DNA of 64,000 bases from Tubulanus polymorphus (GCF_964204645.1 NC_134027.1:20174560-20238559); one strand, 5' to 3'. Positions 27,062 to 38,166 are shown, counted from the stretch's first letter. Notes: generated by a model from the letters alone, not told the origin. Program-made: numbers and translations.

Positions 27062-30000
27062 GCGTCGTCGGTTGCGTCCGTCTCGTCGTGTAGTAGTATT
27101 GTGATCACCGAGGAGTCATCCGCGTATGATCCAGTCGTCCGTCTTGTCGTTTAGTAGTATTGTCGACCAGAGGAGTCATCGGCGTATGATCCAGTCGTCC
27201 GTCTCGTCGTTTAGTAGTATCGTCAGACCACCTGAGGAGTCATCCGCGTATGATCCTGTCGTCCGTCTCGTTTAACTTAGTAGTATCTTCAGACCATCCG
27301 CGTATGAGGTCCAGTGAAGAATCCAAGTCTGTCTTGCGACGTTATACTGGAGTATCTCAAGTTTTTGTGCGAACACAATCATTTAGATATGGCCTTACTC
27401 CCGTCAAAAGAGGATTAAGTCAGGGCGCTCGCGGACTTAAAAGTTATTACCGAGCCATCTCCCGGACCGGGTAACTCGTCGAAGACTGATGGCGATAGTG
27501 TTGAAACTATGTTCAAGGGATTGCTGGCCCATTTTTCTGAGACGCGTCGCGAGGATAACGAGGCTTTGTTAAAAACTGTTCATCAATAAATCGAATCGAA
27601 ATTCAACGTAACTCAGTCGCGGAGGTTAATCAAGCTGCAGAAGCTCAACGACAATCATGATATTCATTTCTATTTTAAGACCTTTGAGAATTTGGCTCAG
27701 CGTTATAACCTTGCGGACAGTGAGTATACACGTGTGTTAGAACCCTATCTAACAGGACCTGCGCAGCAGACGTATTTCGCAATTGATACCGATCAGAAGT
27801 GTTATCGCTCTGTGAAAGAGGCCATCTTTTGTCGATATAAGCTGACACCGGCAGCTTATCGTGTTAAGTTTCGTAAAGAATCGAAGAATCATCAGGAAAC
27901 GTTTGTTGATTTTGTTACGCATCTGGATGACTACGCGCGCTATTGGTTGACTCCATCTGATTCGTTGTGGAGCATGCCTGAGTATGTTAAGATTCACGAC
28001 CGTATCATATCCGATCAGTTTCTGTCGACGATTCAGGAGGAGACGTTGCGGTTGAAGCTGGTCGATCACCAGAAGTGCAGTTCTCGTGAACTGGCGCGAA
28101 TAGCTGATGATTTCACCCGCGAAGAGAAGTCTGTCGTTCCGAGCCATCCGTTGAGGATCAATCGTAGTAGTCAGCAGTCGTTTGGTCGCGTAGCAAACCA
28201 GAAATCTGCTCGTGCTAGTCGATATTCGGACGCCTGTTTCCAGTGTGGCGAGTTAGGACACAAGAAACGCGACTGTCCGAAAGTCATCGTCGCAGAGCAT
28301 AAATTCATTCGTTTAGATGCAGATGCCAAACCGTTCGAACCGTCTGCTGACTACAGATACACATGCACCGATAAGGATACCGGGCCTAGTCACCCTGGTC
28401 CCATGATCGAACTGACGATAAATGATATTCCGTGTCATGGGCTAGTTGACTCAGGTGCGTCGATGACGTTGATGTCGCAAGAATTTTGTAGTCAGCTCGG
28501 ACTAGTTGCGCAAATGAACGATGTCGTACTCAAATGGTTCGATGACACTACGTTCAAACCGTCTGGAGCTGTTTTCGTCAACTCATCGTGCCGCTGTGTT
28601 GATATTTGTATCGAGTGCATCATCGTTGAGGAACTCGATTGTACCGTATTGCTCGGCAGAGATTTTATTTGCGCCGTGGGTCTGTCGATCGATTTCGCTC
28701 ATAAGGCGTATTGGGTTTCGAAGGTAAACCCCATCATCAAATGGCCGTTGCTGGGATTTCGGAAGGATCATATTGAGACAGCTGTCGAGCCTGGTTGTCC
28801 GATACCAGAGCTGCCGTCAGCCGCCGAGGGTAAGGATGATCTGTTCACGTCGTATCGTGAGTGCGTTTGTCGTGAGTTCCCGGACGTTATAACCGATACA
28901 CCGGGTCATACCAACGTGTTGGAACACGAGATCGTTTTAGAGGAAGGTACGCTGCCTTCACGTCAGAAACCCTATGCGTTATCTCCCATGAAATTGGCCG
29001 AGCAGATACTCGCCATGCTCGCCGATGGCATCATCGAGGAATCGAAGTCGTCGTGGCGCAGTCCGTTGCTTATGGTGCTTAAGAGCAACGGCCAATATCG
29101 TTTGTGCGTCGATTGAAATCTGGTTTTTGGCAGGTTCCGCTTCGTAAAGAAGATCGAGAATTGACTGACTTTTGGTTAGGCGATAATTTATATCAGTTCA
29201 AAGTGTTGCCCTTTGGCGTTAAGTACGGTCCTGCCACATTCCAGGGGTTAGTTGAGAAAGTTTTACGTAAGCATGGATATCTTGGTAAATTTTGTCAAGT
29301 TCAGTTTGATGATATTATTGTATACTCTGTAACAGTAGAAGAACATTTTGTACACCTCTGTAAAATTCTTAATTGTTTACGTGAAGCCAGATTGATGGCT
29401 AGTGTTGAAAAGAGTCGTTTTTTCAACGAGGACGCGTTGTACATCGGTCATGAGGTCTCTTCTGACGGTATTTCGATGAATTCTGACAAGGTGGACGCCA
29501 TCATTGACTACGCAGTTCCGGCCAATCGTAGGGATTTAGATCGTTTCTTGGGGATGGTCGGGTGGTTTTCGAAATTCATTCCTGATTATGCCACTGGGGC
29601 GGAACCGTTGTACCAATTGCGCAGGTAAGGTGTACCTTGGCAGTGGACCGAAGATTGTCAAATTGTCAGACGAATTGAAAATTATGTAAGGCCCCGTGTC
29701 TTGCACACCCTGACCCTGATTGCGATTTTGAACTTCACACCGATGCTAGTGGTGTGGGGTTGGGCGCTTCATTGTGCCAAGTTCAGAATGGTGTCTTATG
29801 TGCGATCGGGTTCAGTAGTAGAACTCTGTGTCGCCGAACGGAATTACAGCACTACCGAGCGTGAGATTTTAGCTGTAGTTTGGGCACTGGAGAAATGGCG
29901 GTACTTAATTGAGGGGAAACGTGTTGTTGTGATAACTGATCACCAGGCATTGACTTGGATATTTACGACCAAGTCCAATTTGAGTCCGCGTTTGTATCGT

Positions 30001-31830
30001 TGGGTGTTGCCTACCCAAGAATTTGATATCGAGATTCGGTATCGGAAGGGGAAATTGCACGTTGTCCCTGATGCACTGAGTCGAGACCCTCGACTCAACC
30101 CTGTCCTATCCGTCGGTATTGTGCAAGCTGATTCAGTTGATGATTCGAGTGAGCACACTAGTTGTACCAAACCTAAGGATGATATCATTGATTAGGTTCA
30201 ATGCGATTGTTGTGATCGTTGGTTTCATGATATTCGTGTGGGAGTAGATCCGGAGGAAGCTGAAAATATTGTATTCATTTGTGTTAATTGTAAAACTGTT
30301 CCTCCTGGTGTCCTCACATCTTAGTCTGTAAATAGTAGTAGTGATAATACAAGTCGTATTGAAGTTCCGCTGGAAAAGCGATCGCAAGTGCTTAAAGAGA
30401 TGCACGATCGACCAACAGCAGGCCATTTCGGTCGTCAGAAAACAATGAATCGTATTTAGCAGAAATTTTACTGACCTGGTGTCGCTCGTGATAAATGTGA
30501 AAAATTATGTTAAATCGTGTAAAATTTGTCAGAAAGTTAAACCCGTATATCGTAAGCCGCAAGTTCTTATGCAGCCGATCGTATCCCACGCTCATTGGGA
30601 ATTATTAGCTGCCGATTTAGTTGGCTCGTTGCCAGAATCGTACTCTCACCATCAGTACATATTAGTCGTGAGGGACCATTTCACGAAATGGGTAGAGTTT
30701 TTCCCTTTACGCAAGGCTACTGGAAAGGCCGTGGCTATTTGTTTAGTGAGGGAGGTGTTTACGCGGTTCGGTGCACCGAAGAAATTGTTGACGGACAACT
30801 GTTCTCAATTCGTGTGCAGGTTTATGGTTGCTACGTGTGAGCATTGGTGGGGGGGGGGGGAAGTTGTTACATTCCACACCCTATCATCCGCAGTGTAACT
30901 GGGTCTAGAGGGCAAATCGTGACTTAAAGTCGATGTTGTCGAGTTATGTTGAGGAGTCCGGTGGAGGCCATCGTACATGGGACATCCATTTGGCGGAATT
31001 TCGATATGCGATAAATTCGGTGGAGAATGTATCCACTGGGTTTAGTCCAGCTAGTCTTTCTCTTTCTCGGGAATTAGATAGCCCATTGGCTAATGATATG
31101 CAGGGCGACGCTGCAAGTAATTTTCGGGGTTCCAATTCAGTGGCTCAATTTGCCCGGAATAAGAAAGAGTCAGATCGCGAAAAAGTAGCTAGGACTGTTA
31201 GTAAAATGGCTGAAAATAACCGGATTCGGAAAGCGAAGTACGATCGTAGTCGTCGCATGTCAAAGATTAAAGTTGGGGACCGAGTTTGGTTAAAGACTCA
31301 TCCGCAGTCTAAGGCTGATCATTCTTTTTCAGCCAAGTTAGCTCCTCGTTGGGAAGGTCCATACTGTGTTGTTGATTGAGTAAACAGGTTGAATTTTCGG
31401 ATTCGTACCTCCAATGGTTTGGAGACCAAGAATGTCTGCCAACTGAAACTTTATTATGGTGAATAGTTATTGTCGCTATTTAAGTATTCTGTTCCATTCT
31501 TGAAACTGATCTGGAGAATTGTGTTTCTGTATGTATACTTTGGAATAGTTGAGCTGATGTACGTGTATTAGTATGATGTGATTTTGTAACTTGAGTTTGC
31601 ATAATTCTACTATAGTGTTAGTTCAAGAATTGCTTTTTTGAACTCACATTAGGGAGGGGAGTTATGTAGGGGAACCAGTCTTATGGTATATGGTAAGGTG
31701 GCGCCACCAGCGGTGGCAGTGGAGTTTTGAGTTGTAAATGGCGCTCGCGCTATATGAGAAGGTCTGGTAGAATCGTTAAATAAAGTTGACTGTAAGTGTT
31801 CATCAAGATCTCGCGTTGTTGATTTTATGT
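27062..31830 (+). mobile_element. Gypsy element B (inner): decayed single gag-pol ORF ~27389-31466 (SCAN-like gag, CCHC, PR, RT, RNase H, PHD, integrase), PPT and 3' LTR
   Basis: CFQCGELGHKKRDC; LVDSGAS; LKSGFWQ, LPFG, FDDII; ERNYSTTEREIL, VITDHQAL; HDRPTAGHFG, DHFTKW, LTDN; PPT AGGGAGGGGAG (31651) then LTR TGTAGGGG (31665) with AATAAA. Confidence 0.92.
27076..27310 (+). repeat. ~62-bp tandem repeat (~4 copies) in the leader of Gypsy B
   Basis: GTCCGTCTCGTCGTTTAGTAGTAT...GAGGAGTCATCCGCGTATGATCC recurs at ~27076, 27137, 27197 and 27261. Confidence 0.85.
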
Positions 31831-32007
31831 AGTTGGAAGGACCCTCTAAAACGCTTACGGTGGTTCCGTCGGTGTCATCTCTAAACGGTTACGGGGTGAA
31901 TCGTGTAACAGTAGTTTTACGGAATGTAGGTTCGTGCCCAGTGATTATCGCGGCTAGGACGCCCATTTCTAATGTTGATCTAGTGTCGCCGATCCGCTTG
32001 GCAGGAC

Positions 32008-32093
32008 TTGGGACCGAGGCTTGGTCAGCAAGGGACAGTCCCAAACCAGTTGGGACCGAGGCTTGGTCAGCAAGGGACAGTCCCAAACCAGTT
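32008..32093 (+). repeat. Perfect 42-bp tandem duplication in the Gypsy A pol remnant
   Basis: TTGGGACCGAGGCTTGGTCAGCAAGGGACAGTCCCAAACCAG x2. Confidence 0.9.
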
Positions 32094-32148
32094 GATCCAG
32101 ATCGATCACGGTAATCTGTTTGGAATGACAGCTGAGACATATGTGATG

Positions 32149-32934
32149 CACAGGGGTTTGGCGATGGGCTTGGATTTCATTTCCGGGTTGTTGATAATCT
32201 CGCGAGAATGGCGCTAAATATGAACTGCGAATAAATTCAAAATATCACGGAAATACCTTGTGTTTATATTGTTTATTTATCCGCTATAAAGTTCTGACAA
32301 ACAATTGGTCGTTAAGAATCATTATCAGACGGTCGTCACGCTTCTATATAAAATCACAAGGGATGAAACGCCAGGCCTCCGCTGTACTTAAATTTTCAGC
32401 CAGAAAGTTGGGACAGTCACGTGACATTCTGATGACGTCATCGCATTTAAAACTTCAACACGAAAAGTTAACATATTCACAGACCGATATCAATTGTCAG
32501 ATTATGATTCATATGAAATAAATAACTTATAAAGAATAAATTATGATGAAATATATAATTCATAGTCAAAAAATGCATTTGAATGTAAGTTATTCTCAAA
32601 TATTTTTCGTATCATAGTTTCCATCTTATATGCTTCAGGTTCGCGTTCAGTCAAATAAGAAGCGTTAAGTCACGTGACTGTCCCAACTTTCTGGCTGGCA
32701 CAACTCTGAAGGCGTTTCATCCCTTGTTATTTTATATAGCCGTCTGACGACCGTCTGATAATGATTCTTAACGACCAATTGTTTATCAGAACTTTATAGC
32801 GGATAAATAAACAATATAAACACAAGGTATTTCCGTGATATTTTGAATTTATTCGCAGTTCATATTTAGCGCCATTCTCGCGAGATTATCAACAACCCGG
32901 AAATAAAATCCAAGCCCATCGCCAAACCCCTGTG
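32149..32934. mobile_element. P-element-like foldback MITE with ~270-bp near-perfect TIRs and 8-bp TSD
   Basis: CACAGGGGTTTGGCGATGGG...CCCATCGCCAAACCCCTGTG; ATGTGATG at 32141-32148 and 32943-32950. Confidence 0.85.
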
Positions 32935-33215
32935 TCCCTGTGATGTGATGTAAATTTATTTGGATTTACCAAAAAAAAAACCAATTTAACTCAACACAGG
33001 CAAAATACAGGTCATAATGCATCTTAACTAAGAGAAGCAGCAAGATACCAGGAATGACATTGTCTGTGTTGTTTCAGATCACCAATCACAAATACAGGCT
33101 GGTCTTCTTAACTTGTTCCTAGTTTTATTTTAAACCACCAGGAGGCGTATAATAAGCCTTCTTAATTCTTAAGCAAAAAAGTGAAAAATGATCGATAGTT
33201 TAAGCGATGACGAAC

Positions 33216-33354
33216 CTTCAGTTACTTCGAGCGCTTTTATCTGTTCCTCTCCCGCAGCTCTTATGTCTTTTTGAGGCGACATCGAAGCTGTCAGACTGTC
33301 TAAAAGAGCTTCTTTCAGCGAACGATTTCGCTCGTCGGTGTTAAATGCCGCCAT
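33216..33354 (-). CDS. IPO9: Importin-9 exon 1 (start codon)
   Basis: [46 protein letters not shown], donor G|gttcgt. Join: 33354-33216, 5329-5181, 4022-3821, 2836-2748, 2061-1855, 1492-1392, 989-931; all phases compatible. Confidence 0.93.
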
Positions 33355-33815
33355 TATTGCGCTAAATGTGTACCCGGTTCACCTGAATCGCTGTTACAGC
33401 GACGATACTCTATAGGAAAATATTCTCTTCAGGAATTAATCTCGAGATGCACAAAAAAATTCCGCCACCTTATTAACCGCTCAGGGCCTGTAAATTGCAT
33501 GTCACAATATTTTACAAAAATACTCAATAAAGTGAATTTGGTTTTTTTTATCATGTCGTCTTTGCTAAATACGTATATTCTTTTAACAGTGACCTATCTG
33601 TTTACTTTCATTCTACAGCATGTCATATTTTGCACAGTGGCAATGAGTAAATCGAAATATTTTAACAATAAAGTGCATTGAATTGGTGCCAGCTCGGCAT
33701 TTGAAATCGAGGCTGTCGGGATTCCCTTCCGGGTTTCGTGTCGCTGTGGCTGTAGATTATCTCAGAAGCCGGTATCTGCATCTTGAAAATCTCGTTTCAT
33801 CCCCATAACTACAGG
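33355..33815. promoter_or_regulatory. Bidirectional promoter region IPO9/RPN1
   Basis: Divergent start codons 461 bp apart; TSS positions not determinable from sequence. Confidence 0.75.
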
Positions 33816-34064
33816 ATGGGTAGGATTACCATGTACGCCGTATTGTTGTTGACCATTTTGGGCACGGCTTGCATCGCCAATAAAGACAGCATCAACGGCG
33901 ATCTAGTCAACGCAAAGGTGCAAACGACGATTGATTTGAGCACCCATCTCGTCAAAATCGTCAATTCGATCACTTTGCAGAATAACGGTAAAACGGCCGT
34001 TCGCTCTTTCTTATTTATGGTCGACCCGGCATTCAGCGATAGGCTCTCGTTTATCGGAGCTGTT
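33816..34064 (+). CDS. RPN1: Ribophorin I (OST subunit 1) exon 1, with signal peptide
   Basis: MGRITMYAVLLLTILGTACIA...IDLSTHLVK...SFIGAV|gtaagt. Ten exons sum to 1806 nt = 601 aa + stop with all phases consistent. Confidence 0.93.
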
Positions 34065-34529
34065 GTAAGTATGCATCAATTGCCTGGCTTTAGGATTTCT
34101 CGTCAGAAGATATCTTTTTTCAGACCCTCTCGCCTCGGTTTCTTTCTTTTTTGTGAAGACGTTGCTTACCACTTATGCAGTGGATATTTGACCGTATACG
34201 GCTGAGTATTTTCGCCATTTTACCGTACATCTTCGCTGATTAACGCCGCGCATGCGCATAGAGGTGTAGAGAAACAGAGTTAAAGAAAATAGAGCGAATA
34301 GAGTGAGACTCGAGCCCGGGCCAGTAATTTACTACCACAGCGTCATACCACTAGACCACCGAGCTCGCTGAAAAACCGATCGAATGTGTTAACTATCTAA
34401 AGTACCTCGCCTTACCCTAATCCTATCCCTAGGGTTAAAACGGAACCCTCTGGACCCTCTACTCATCCTCTCGACACTAACCCTATCGAAACCCTAAACC
34501 CAATATAATGATTTAACTTACTTTTATTA

Positions 34530-34561
<32 letters not shown>

Positions 34562-34781
34562 GTAATAATGTATGGTAAAATAGCGGAAGTAATTACTAAG
34601 CCTTATACGGTTAAATATCCACTTCGTATCACTTATCAATTGGAATACGCTTACCCCGGTATGTCCATTTATTAATGGATGAGACCTGTTTCTCTGGGAT
34701 AGTTTGCTTTTTGGTCTTGACAGATTCCCAAAAATCACGGATAACAACGTCAACTGTATATCTGATAAAACTCTATCCTAC

Positions 34782-35280
34782 GGCCATATGAAATAAATTA
34801 CTTTATTCTCATCAGCGCCGCCCCGTGTTTAGCGACCGCCTGGAGTTTTTTTAATATTTCATATATGAAATATAAAACTACTGCCTCAATAACAAATCAC
34901 ACTTACAACATTTTATATACAAAAGTCATCTATTAGCAGCCAAACATGTAAACACTTGAAATAATTGTATGAAGTTTATTGATAATTGAAAGCTCCAGCA
35001 CACGTAGACCCATTTACGTTCATGTTTGGAATTTAGTTATGAATTTTAGATTTTGTATTCCAGACATGTACAAGACAATACATGATAGATTTTTATCCTA
35101 TATTCTTTTAGTTTATGTCTTATACCTATTAAACACAGCAAGACCTATAATAGTGGTCTTGTTAGTCTTCATATATAATTGAGCTTGCGGAATATTTGAT
35201 ATGAAATATAGAATATAAACCTCCCTCCTCGATTTTTTTTAAAACTTCTGATGAGAATCAAGTAATTTATTTTATAAGGC
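34782..35280. mobile_element. MITE with GGC termini (Zator/Harbinger-like)
   Basis: GGCCATATGAAATAAATTACTTTATTCTCATCAG mirrored by CTGATGAGAATCAAGTAATTTATTTTATAAGGC. Confidence 0.6.
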
Positions 35281-35667
35281 TTATGAATAGCCATATTACT
35301 ATCATTCATATATTATTTATGGGCCTAGTTAAAATGTTGAATGAAATATTACCTCAAGGAAACGTTTCGAACTCATTTTTTATTGTTTTAGGAACTTATC
35401 ATAAGCATGATAAGTTAATCTGTTACCTACCACACTATACCTGACTTTGATATATCTGTTCTGAAAAATCCGGAGAATGGCAATTGCAGCTGACGAGCTG
35501 TCACTGTTAAACTGCCTTACTATGGCTCTTGTGCTCATCTGACTGTTTAGAAATGGTGCCTCAACAACGCTCGAGATTTATTCCACAGATTGGTTAAAGT
35601 TACAAGTAGTTGTGGTTGATTCGATGCTCTTTCTCGACAGTCATGTATTAAATACTGTACATTTCAG

Positions 35668-35729
35668 ACCAAAGTTGATGATGAAGATCAGAGGTTAACA
35701 GTTGTAGAAACAACAGTGAAATCTCAAAG
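35668..35729 (+). CDS. RPN1: Ribophorin I exon 2
   Basis: cag|TKVDDEDQRLTVVETTVKSQ AG|gtaatt; phase 2 matches exon 3. Confidence 0.85.
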
Positions 35730-36431
35730 GTAATTTTCTTAAAAATCCAAAAGGTTGCTATGCATAAAGCAATCATTTTTTTATCTTCGTAAGAAATGAC
35801 AATTGTGAAGGATCTGTTGTAGGCTCCTTCGAGTCTGTGGTTATCCTCCTCGTTGTTTCTCATTTCTCGACTCCATTCAGACTTTAACTTGCACTGACAT
35901 TGATGTCAATGCAGACAGATATTATTCTTGTTTCTAATTCTTAAGGTAAAATTCGCCAAAATCAATTCGCTTTATCAACAAAAAATAACATTTAGAGAGA
36001 CATATTGAATTTTGACATTTTATTATTTAGTCCTTAAGAAACTATCATTTCAAACAAACAACCATTTCAAATCAAATCAATAAATTCTCCAGTTCGCAAT
36101 TTAAATCATCGAAAATATTACTATAAAACATGTTTTCAAACTCAACAAGGTAACTAATTAATTTATTTGAGTACAAAGGTTTGATTTGATACTAAAATCA
36201 GTTGATACATTGCAATAAACAGGAGTTAACCTCTATATGACAGTTTGGCGTCAGGCGTTGTAGGGAACCGTAACAACGACTGGTATTCAGACTATTCAGA
36301 CTACAGGAATAAGAAATAGATTTTATGTAGTATCTGGTCATGCAATAATCATCGGCTCTGGGATAACCAGACTCTACTTACTGTAATTCATTTTGTCTAT
36401 TTAATCATAAACACAAATGATTTCTTTTCAG

Positions 36432-36738
36432 CGGACGATTTTGGCGCGTGGATTTGGCATCAAAAGTCGGCGCGAGTAAAACCGTTGTCGTCGACGTGGA
36501 GACCGTTTTCTCGCACACGCTGAAACCATATCCGTCGGAGATCCGGCAGTCGGAGAAGCAACTGGTGCGATTCGACGGCGCGTTGTACTTCTATTCGCCG
36601 TACGCGACGACCACTCAGTCAACGACCGTCAAACTGTCGTCGCCGAACGTCGAGTCGTACACGAAAACGAAACCAGTCTCGTTCAGCGAGAACACGATCA
36701 CGTACGGACCGTACGAAAATAAGCCGGCGAACACCAAG
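36432..36738 (+). CDS. RPN1: Ribophorin I exon 3
   Basis: cag|GRFWRVDL...LKPYPSEIRQSEKQLV...YFYSPY...ITYGPYENKPANTK|gtatgt. Confidence 0.95.
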
Positions 36739-37329
36739 GTATGTTTCAAATGGATGGCACATGGTTCCCACCGAACTGGGAAATAGGGAAAAAGATGGGA
36801 ATTTTGAAATGAATATAGATACCCAGTAGTTTGGATATATTTTGGAAATTCATTTACACTTCATGTATCGCATTTTGTCAAGGGCGACTTTCTTCAGTGA
36901 TTCCCCTTGCCAATCACCTTTATCAACCAGTCTTTGCTGAAATGTTAACTGTAGCATGATGGTATCAGTTCAGTTTTATTTGGGTAAAATGAAAAATCAA
37001 CCATGAAATACTTGGGAAAAGCTGGGAATTTTCAATTCATGTAACTGTGAACCTTGGTGACAGATTCATCAGGGATTTTTCGCTTGCATACTTGATAATA
37101 ACGCCCCTGTATGAGGTATAGATACCCATTCTATAGTGTGTGGTCCTTGCAAAATTGTCAATTAGTTAAAATCTGTATTGAAAGATGGTAGTGGGAGCAC
37201 TCAAACTTTGTGAAAGCTTAGTTATTTGCGATACTCCGCTAACACTTTCGTTAATGACAAAGTATTAAAAGATTTTGATGAATAATTAAGAAATGAAAAG
37301 GGCATGAATGTTTTGCTGTTTTTGCGCAG

Positions 37330-37536
37330 GCTGATTTAGTAATTCACTACGAAAATAACACGCCTTTCCTGACAACCACGACGTTGACGCGCGTTCTCGA
37401 GGTATCTCATTGGGGGAATATCGCCGTCGAAGAGACTTACGATATGTATCATTCCGGCGCCAAATTGAAGGGTTCGTTCTCGCGGTACGATTACCAGCGT
37501 AATCAAGATGGCGTCTCGTCGATAAAATCGTTCAAA
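37330..37536 (+). CDS. RPN1: Ribophorin I exon 4
   Basis: cag|[14 protein letters not shown]...[12 protein letters not shown]...FSRYDYQR...IKSFK|gtaagt. Confidence 0.95.
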
Positions 37537-37973
37537 GTAAGTACTAGTAGATATGTAGTGTTTAGTATTCATAAACTCCCTGAAAAAAACGAGGGGAAAT
37601 CCGTGTTTCCTATGATACGAAAGAGCTGATTTCCAGTTAACTTTGTATATGAAAAGTTTGGCATATTGTCATAAACAGGGCTGAAAGCTTTCATATGATA
37701 TACAAAAGATTTTGTGAAGAAAAGTTGTGACCCCTGAAATTCATCCTGACCTGCTTCATTGGTTAGGGTACAGACAAAAAACTGGTCTGTGACAAATATT
37801 TTTGTTTTCCACCTTGTCTTCGTCATCATATAGCTGATGGCAAGTTGTTCCAGTAGTGTCATGTTCGATATCCCAGTCAGCAATTTCTTTCACGTAGAAT
37901 ACATTCTACGATAGTGCTCGGCCACAGTTTATTTCTGGATTTTGTTCTCACTCCGTGTTTCGTTAATTTGCAG

Positions 37974-38166
37974 ACAATTTTGCCAGCGTCCGCCCGCGAC
38001 GTGTACTATCGCGATGAAATCGGCAACATTTCAACCAGCAACCTGAAAGAGATGGTCGATCAGGTCGAGTTGGAACTTCAGCCAAGGTTCCCGTTGTTCG
38101 GAGGATGGAAGACTCATTATCTGATTGGATATAACGTGCCGAGCTACGAGTATCTGTTCACCAGGG
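37974..38166 (+). CDS. RPN1: Ribophorin I exon 5
   Basis: cag|[22 protein letters not shown]...[11 protein letters not shown]...YLFTR G|gtttgt. Confidence 0.95.

Noticed and set aside
27076-27310. Possible CRISPR-like array beside a reverse transcriptase
   Set aside because: Variable parts are short (~6-13 nt) and related; context is a eukaryotic Gypsy leader; no cas-like ORFs.
25510-31830. Single retroelement with two different gag genes
   Set aside because: Gypsy A pol-like sequence breaks at ~27061 and resumes after the LTR at ~31833, so nesting with deletion is more parsimonious.
33783-33815. Upstream TTG start of the RPN1 ORF in the ORF track
   Set aside because: Eukaryotic gene; ATG at 33816 (or 33831) directly precedes the signal peptide.
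34410-34505. Telomere-like CCCTAA motifs (also ~48275-48292)
   Set aside because: Short, degenerate and embedded in repeat sequence; typical of Helentron-derived elements, not a telomeric array.
37060-37250. Possible H/ACA snoRNA in RPN1 intron 3 (hairpin ending in ACA); weaker candidate in intron 4
   Set aside because: No properly placed ANANNA H box or identifiable target by eye; needs snoReport/Infernal.
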